From: Hyphochytrium catenoides
Taxonomy: Eukaryota > Protista > Hyphochytriomycota
Length of the DNA: 40,416 nt
Assembly: GCA_900088475.1 (NCBI GenBank)
Contig: FLMG01004362.1
Span: forward strand, 1 to 40,416
Direction of reading: 5' to 3'
A model generated the notes under the pieces. The model was given only the letters and a program-made list of their open reading frames with translations. It was not told where the DNA came from and made no database searches. Positions 33,801 through 40,416 of the stretch are shown one piece after another. A program made the translations under genes and the position numbers. Positions within the stretch are counted from its first letter, which is position 1. Every line of letters starts with the position of its first letter.

Positions 33801-36685
33801 ACCACCAAGGTAAGCTTAGTCTTACGGTTCCTGATTATCTTTTCACTGGTCCAAGGTTAATTTAGTCCATGACGTCTACATAGGAGTGCACTTCGCGCGG
33901 AGGTCTCACCTTATCTCGACCGCAAGCAAGCAGAGGAACGAGTGCCGAGCTTTCTCCAGAGACTTCGGCCCACGGTACTCTCTTAACACTAGTGTTAAAT
34001 TTCTGCATCCCATGACCGTCTAACTCCTCTTGACAAGCTGCGCCCCAGACCTCCAGACAACCCGGATCTGGCTGTGCGGGGCATTCGACGGGAGAAGGTA
34101 ATAAGTCCACTCGTCCCGAGTTGATAGACGGATGTGCTAATCTCCCTCTTAGGCATCTCAACATATGAGGACTGCTTGTCGTCGGAGTCTAGGCACTTGA
34201 TCCAAAGCTTTCTACAGCATGAGGAGGAAACGGTTTCCTTCCAGGAATGGGCAGCAAGGAATCATGTTGAAGGCGCAGAACGGATGTTCCTGAGAGATAT
34301 GGCGCCGCCTCGCCCTCATACAACTAGTGCCAGTCACGCTACTGCAGCTCTCTCTATACCACGACATGTACGATGGATCTCCTTCTGGAGCGCCAGTAAG
34401 GTTTTGCTTGCCGATCGAAGCGTTTCTGGAGCAGATGTCGCAGTGTCAGATGCTGCGGAAAGTTCGACTTACTCTTGGGCTGACCTACGGCAGTGCTATC
34501 ACCTCCTGCAGGGGTTCAAGGGCATCGAAGCTCTGGAACTTGGATGGTTCACAGTCCACTACCGACAGGTGGTATGGAAGCTCGCTGCCACGGAGAGAGC
34601 ATTTAGTCATCTACTGCAGAGCCCTTACCTCACCCTTGGACGGGTGCTCGGCCAGATAGCCTATCGCTTCAGGCGGGAGCACCAGGTAACTTGACTTTCT
34701 TCTGATCTCAAACTTCTCCAGCTAATAACTGACGGTGCTTCTCTCTCTCGCTCCCTGTCTCTCTTTCTCTCTCTTCTTCCTCACACATATATACACCACT
34801 CTCCCCCTCTTTCTGCCACTCTCCACCACTATTTGTCTCTTTCTCTCTCTCTCTCTCTATCTATCTACACACTGTTGTTCTTCTCTCTTTTGTATGTGAA
34901 CTGGTTCGCGACTCCATTCTTAGCAACACCAGAGTTCATGCATAAAGGCGTTGCTTTTGATGGACTCTCCTCCTGAGGCATTGCTGGTGCTATTCGTGGT
35001 CTCCATTTTGACGCCACAAAGTGAGTCTCCAGCCAAGAACTCTGCCAGAATAGTCCTAAGTGATGGCTGGTACCTGCTTGTGGGGCAACTGGATCGCGTG
35101 TTAAGTGAGAAAGTTGCCGAGGGCAAGCTCGTTGTGGGACAGAAGCTAATGATCTGTGGAGCCACCCTTGAGGGTCTGCAAGAACCTTCGCATCCGATGG
35201 CGACGACTATTAATCAAGCGGCCAGCGATCCATCCGTGCTCCTTTGTCCTGAGGGTGAGTTTCTGACCGGTGCCATGCCTTTTCTCAAGCTGGCGTATAA
35301 TGGGACCAGGCCAGCGAGGTGGAACTGCAAGCTTGGTTATCAGAGGCCTGGAACTAGCTTCGTACAGTCATTATCGACCATCCATCCAGAAGGCGGTACC
35401 GTCCCTGCACTGGATGTTGCCATCGTAACTCGGTACCCTGAGCGCTGCCTCCATAGCACGTCTGATGGTGCGAGAGTCTCGCTCACATTAGACGAGGAAG
35501 AGGCTCGCCTTTCGGGAGAACCTGTGTCTTCTAAGGGACGGTCACTACTCTGTGCTGAGTCGAGGGCGAGCACCTATCTTACGCTAGCTGTCCGCTCCTG
35601 TCCGCGGGACGGCTCTAGGCCCAGCGAGATTAACGGATGTAAGGCTAAGATCACTTGCTGGCGGCCATCTCCCGACCTAAAAGAAAGGCTTGTAGAGGGC
35701 TCAGTCCTCAGACTCACAAACGTCCGCGTCCGGCTCGCAAGGTCTACCGCCAACCTCACTTCTAGTGGTGGTCCTGACCTCCTCGAGCTTCAACCAACCA
35801 AGCGTACGATGTGGAGGCCACGGGCCTCGCCTCCGCAAACACAATGCTCCTCAACAGCTCCTAGACGAGCGCTATCTGCTCTCAATGCTCTCAGGGCTAG
35901 CATAGGGTCAGAAGTGGACGTTGAAGGTGTTATCGTGTGCACCATTGAGGGGGAAGAGACTGACGGTTTATTCACAGAGTCTGTCTTTTTCACTGATGAG
36001 TCCTTGCAGCTAGCGGTTATCAAGAGGAGGTTTTACGTCCGAGTACCAGGGATGTGGGGCAGAGGTCTTTACCCGGCTATTATGATCCGCAATCTAGTGG
36101 TTGGGCCCTATGATCATAGCATGGGGGTGAGGACTTTCACCTGGGCTGACACCGCAGAGGCGAGAGTCGTCCAGCGGGCTCAGTCGTCCACTCGACATGC
36201 TCTTATTCATCGCTGGCTAGCGTCTGAGGATGGCCAGGCTGCCCTTGGAAGCTGCAGATGCTGGCTCCAGAGGCGGATACACTCTGAAGGCACTTCTCCC
36301 TATTCGGACGTGCTGGTCAGAGCTAATGAACTTCACAAAGTCACCGGATACATCCTGTCCGTCCTCCCAGCGCAGGACGCATCCCTGGGGTTAAACGAAG
36401 AGCTCTATCACGTTATCGTCGAGGACAGCAACAGCTTGTTGTCCCTCTCTATAGAGGCATCGCTGCTGCTGGACCATCTGATGGTAAGTCTACAGACTGG
36501 GTGCAGACCTGCTCTATTCATCCGAAGCCCCAGATCTATCTTCTAACCGATCTACGTAGGCAAACGGCGACAACTTCTTCTTCCGAGGGATTCCAGTCAC
36601 ATTATCTGTCAATGAACAGAATAGGGTGACAGCCATTTCCTCTCCATCGTCAACGGCAGCATCGTTAGCAGCAGACGCAAGTTAG
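30816..36685 (+). CDS. BRCA2: BRCA2 homologue (BRC repeats, helical domain, OB folds); well supported from 31741, 5' exons and start codon uncertain
   Basis: Six BRC-like repeats; helical domain WFTVHYRQVVWKLAATER..VLGQIAYRFRRE; OB1 LSDGWY..GKLVVGQKLMICGA..LAYNGTRPARWNCKLG; OB2 GGTVPALDVAIVTRYP; OB3-like SEVDVEGVIV..VFFTDESLQL; last exon ends TAG 36683-36685. Confidence 0.9.
34738..34890 (+). repeat. CT-rich microsatellite-like tract in a BRCA2 intron
   Basis: Runs of (CT)n such as 34843-34858; similar tracts at 6851-6910, 7731-7800 and 12830-12860. Confidence 0.75.
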
Positions 36686-39600
36686 CCCGTCCCGTCGCCC
36701 TTTGGCACAATGACTAGAGAAAGCAGCTTGTAACAAGCCTGACCCACTATTTATTAGCTTAGTAGCCTGCTTCGTAGAAAGAGACGCTTAGTTACATCTG
36801 TAGGCCTGGCCGTGGCTAGTGCTGTCTTCACACAGAGATGACGATTGCACTTTGAATGCCCTTCTTTTTCATTAGAAAATAAATCTCTCTATTTATTCCA
36901 GGTCAAGGATTGTGCTCGTCAGCGGTGAGTACCTACGTCATCAACAGTCAAGACCAATAGATGTCTATAGGGCTGGTGACGAGGTAGCCCCACTCTTATC
37001 CCTACTATCGTATGCTTGCCACCCAGGTTGGAGCTACAGCATTCTCAAAGAGCAGAGTGGGTCAAGAATATTGATGTCGCTCATTAACAGCTCGAATGGA
37101 ATGGAGTTAGGGTCTCCTGGCACCGCTTCACTTAGCATATGACTAACTCAGAGCTTCCTAAAAGCGATAGATTTTTTGGAGAGTTTCTTGTGGATCCTCA
37201 AGGGTTTTCAATGATGCTTTTCAATGGAATGAGGGATGGTAAGCTCAGCGCAGAGGCTCCGCTCTGCAGTTGCCACCGTCTGCTTTAGCTCCCAATGATG
37301 GAAGACGTACTCCAACTTTGGCAAGCAAGGAGAAAGGACGGGTCCTCAAGCTCGGCAGAAGCTTTGCTATCAATAGAGCCACTCACAAAGAGCATTTATT
37401 TCCAGTCCTACATCGCTCCGATAACGATTTCGCGAATGCGTGATTTTAGGTGATCAACCTTCTACGAAGCGGACCTGTCCTAGGGCGGAAGATGATGGGC
37501 AAGGGGTCAGTTGAAGCATTTGCTCTGCCAAGGCCGCTCCCAACTCTTTCTTCATAGATAAATGACTTGACAGGCGCAGGCTTGGGAGAAGCAAGCTCTA
37601 CCATTTTCAGTAATTGCCTGTAGGACTTGGCTTACCTCGGAACCATCATTCGTCGCACGCTCTCCGAAGGGAACTGCCTTCGACTCCTGCGCTGGTGTTA
37701 CATCCTTTCTTTGCCACTGTTACCCGAGGAGCTGTCGAGAGATGCGCTTTCTACGCGGGGGCGTCAGTCTAGGTTGTTGCTGCAAAAAAGTGTTATCTGC
37801 CGGTCTGCCCCTGCCGCTGGCTGCTGTTGTCTGCGGATCTCCTGCTGAATGGTTCTTCTTATCGCTCTCGGCCTCCTTTTGTTTAGCCACTACCGTTACT
37901 TTGCTGATAGTCCTTCTTCCGCGTGCAGCCATTTAACCATCTCCGCTCGATAGTTTTATACTGAGCCTTGTAGGCAAAGCACCTCAGCAAGGCCATCAGG
38001 TGCTTGAAGTCCGTTCCCTTAGAAACGAGCTCGGTCTGTCCTTCAGCGTGGCTTGACTCTCCTTGTCGCATTGCCCTTGTTGATCGGGACACGACGATGA
38101 CCAGAGACCAGAGGTGCCCTGCCGGTTGTGAGGTGCTAAGTTCCATTCTGTCTTGATTAACGAACTCCATGAGCCAGTGTTGCCCAGCGTCGTCCCATTA
38201 GTGAGTCCACTTCTCTGCTGTCTTGCTGAATTTACTTAGGACGTGCAACTGGCATGTCCTCTTCTGTCGAGGATATTGGCGCGGTCATAGTTTAGCCTGC
38301 CCGCTGTTCCTCGCTTTCTCGCTGCCAAAGTGGCTGTAGCGGCCTTCCTGAAGTGCTGTGCTTGCTCAGCATCCCGAAGATCTTCTCCTACCGTGATCGC
38401 TCTTGCCACTTGCCCCTTCACTGGCTTCTCACACCGTGGCAGTTCTATAGCTTCTCACACCGTCGCCTATATTGCGCTATTTCCCCACGACTGAGGGTAG
38501 CGACAAAGAGTTGCCCGGCCCATGGTAGAGGGTAGAGTGGAAGTTAAGTGCTCGATTACGAGCCAACAAAGATCAACTCTAATTGCTTTTGCCTCTTGTG
38601 TCGCGCCAGGCGGCAATGAGATATAGAAGGATGACTTGCGGGCTAGACTGATTGGATTGTTGGGTCGCTCAACAGTGACCTACTAGAAGCGAGGATAATG
38701 ATCGCGATACCACTTAGGCTCGTTTTCTATGTCGGTGGTAGCTCATGTGGTGGTGGTGGAGACAACTTCATGATGAGCTGCTGCTGGTGGATAGGTGCGT
38801 AGGCGCCGGAAGAACCGAATGAAGAGCTGGAGGACTGATCGTGTTGCCAACTAGCCTATAGAGTCAAGAGGCCAACATCAAAGAGGCAAACAACAGATGA
38901 AGGCAGTTTTTATAAGGAAAGCCGACGACCACTCCGACACCAACTGTTGTCTACTAGCAGCTGAAGAAAGGTCATCTTCTGGCCACTTTTGACTCTCCGA
39001 TACTTCGTTCTTTCATTCACCATCGTGTTTCCCTTAGCAGCAGCAGGAAGCAGCCTACCTAGCTAGTAATGCGACCATGAAAAAGAGGAGGTGCGTCAAA
39101 TGAGAGTGTGGACAGCAGCAGCAGCTTAGAGATGGTGCTGCGGGGTAGTAGTAACCTTAGAGAAGAAACGCAGGCAAGAGCAGGAGGAGAGAAGAAAAAG
39201 CTTGACGATGGCTAGTGAGGGGAGGGCGGGGATAAGGAGATGGAGGGGCAGTAGATAATAGGAAAGTAGAAAAACTTTGGAAGACAGCGTAGTAGAGCAA
39301 AAGAACCTTAGAAGCTCTAAAAAAAGAGAAGGAGCGCCAAAGTGTCCAAGGAGGCCCTTTGGGAAAGCACCATCTGCGACACCGCTTCAGATCGTGCCCA
39401 TGCATCCGATTAAATCTTTATCGAAAAAGATAACAAACAAGCCTTTCTTTGACGATGTCCTCCAGCTACCAGTCGTAGTATCGCGGCAAGGCTCCTTTTC
39501 TTTCCTCCAGGCACAAATAAGTGCGTCAGTGGAAATGGAGCAAGAGAAGAAGAGCCGACCACCGTCGTCAAATAAGAGGCGGCAACGGTGTACCTTCGAA

Positions 39601-40416
39601 ATAGGAAACGATTCCCACCGAACAATTTCCCCCATCCCATGCTCCTCTTCTTCATCAGGAGCAGCGGCTGCTGGCGGGCAAGCTGTTTGTACATTCTACA
39701 TGGAGAATCAGAGGAGGAAGGAAGATCGATCTGCTGCCCCTCCTGCTTGTAATAAAGGCCTTTATTTTACATGTTTTTAGTGGAGACCTATATATCCATT
39801 GAAGATCTTTTTTGCTCCGCCAGCAACATGGCGGACGAGCGGCTATCTGCTCACGGTTCTCTTATTTAGTCAAAAGAAACCCCTATTTACTCCCTCATGT
39901 GGGGCAGCAGGGCTGCACCGCCTCCAGTCGCGGGCGGCCGCCTCTTCATGAAGATCTCTCTGGCTCCATCCTGTTGGCTCCATAGTAAAGCAGAAGATCT
40001 ACTGGTGCTTTGGACTCGCCCTGCACTGTTGCGGCCAAAGAGAAGAGGAGGCACACTGCTGCCGATGGACTGGCCGTGAGGCTCGCAGGCCAAAGCTCAA
40101 GGTTGGTTGATAAGAGGTCGTCTTTCTTTAGACGAAGGAAGAGGTGTCAGAGTCGAGACAGAGCTCCCAGTTACCGGTCAATTGACCCTACCGAGCTTTG
40201 ACATACATATAGAACTAGTTGCTGGTTCTCTTCCGCTTCCTGTTTATACAGTGGCCAGGAGCTTGCTCTACAGATTGTTTATCAGGACCACCAGGCGGTC
40301 AAGTCTCCCCTACAGTACATTTACGAGTACTGTACAGAACACAGCAAGACCGCAGGGTATTAGAAATATAGACACACTATTGAGTCGCTAATTCCAAATA
40401 GAGCCGCTAGAGATCT

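Noticed and set aside
38424-38463. 14-bp direct repeat GCTTCTCACACCGT, two copies
   Set aside because: Two copies with a 12-nt spacer; not CRISPR-like and no element between them.
39277-39780. 167-aa ORF
   Set aside because: No ATG at the listed start, low complexity and no recognisable motif.

Overview
Gene-dense, intron-rich eukaryotic nuclear DNA with short GT-AG introns and GA/CT-rich intron tracts; probably a stramenopile (inferred from one protein motif and gene content, not proven). Manual splicing supports nine genes: a PX-domain protein (+), a small putatively secreted protein (-), DEPDC5/IML1 of GATOR1 (+), a UBE3B/UBE3C-like IQ-HECT E3 ligase (-), a small membrane protein (+), a DUG3-like class II glutamine amidotransferase (-), a tandem-PH protein (-), exosome subunit RRP46 (-) and BRCA2 (+). 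The last ~3.6 kb has no recognisable intact gene. Strongest observations: a near-textbook U12-type AT-AC intron in RRP46, implying a minor spliceosome; an apparent 1-nt frameshift in a conserved DEPDC5 motif; a DEPDC5 with no visible DEP domain; a diverged ~180-bp tandem duplication upstream of DEPDC5; and a BRCA2 with six mostly FxxG BRC repeats and almost no Tower. No tRNA, rRNA, CRISPR array or intact mobile element was seen. Exon boundaries were read by eye, without database searches.
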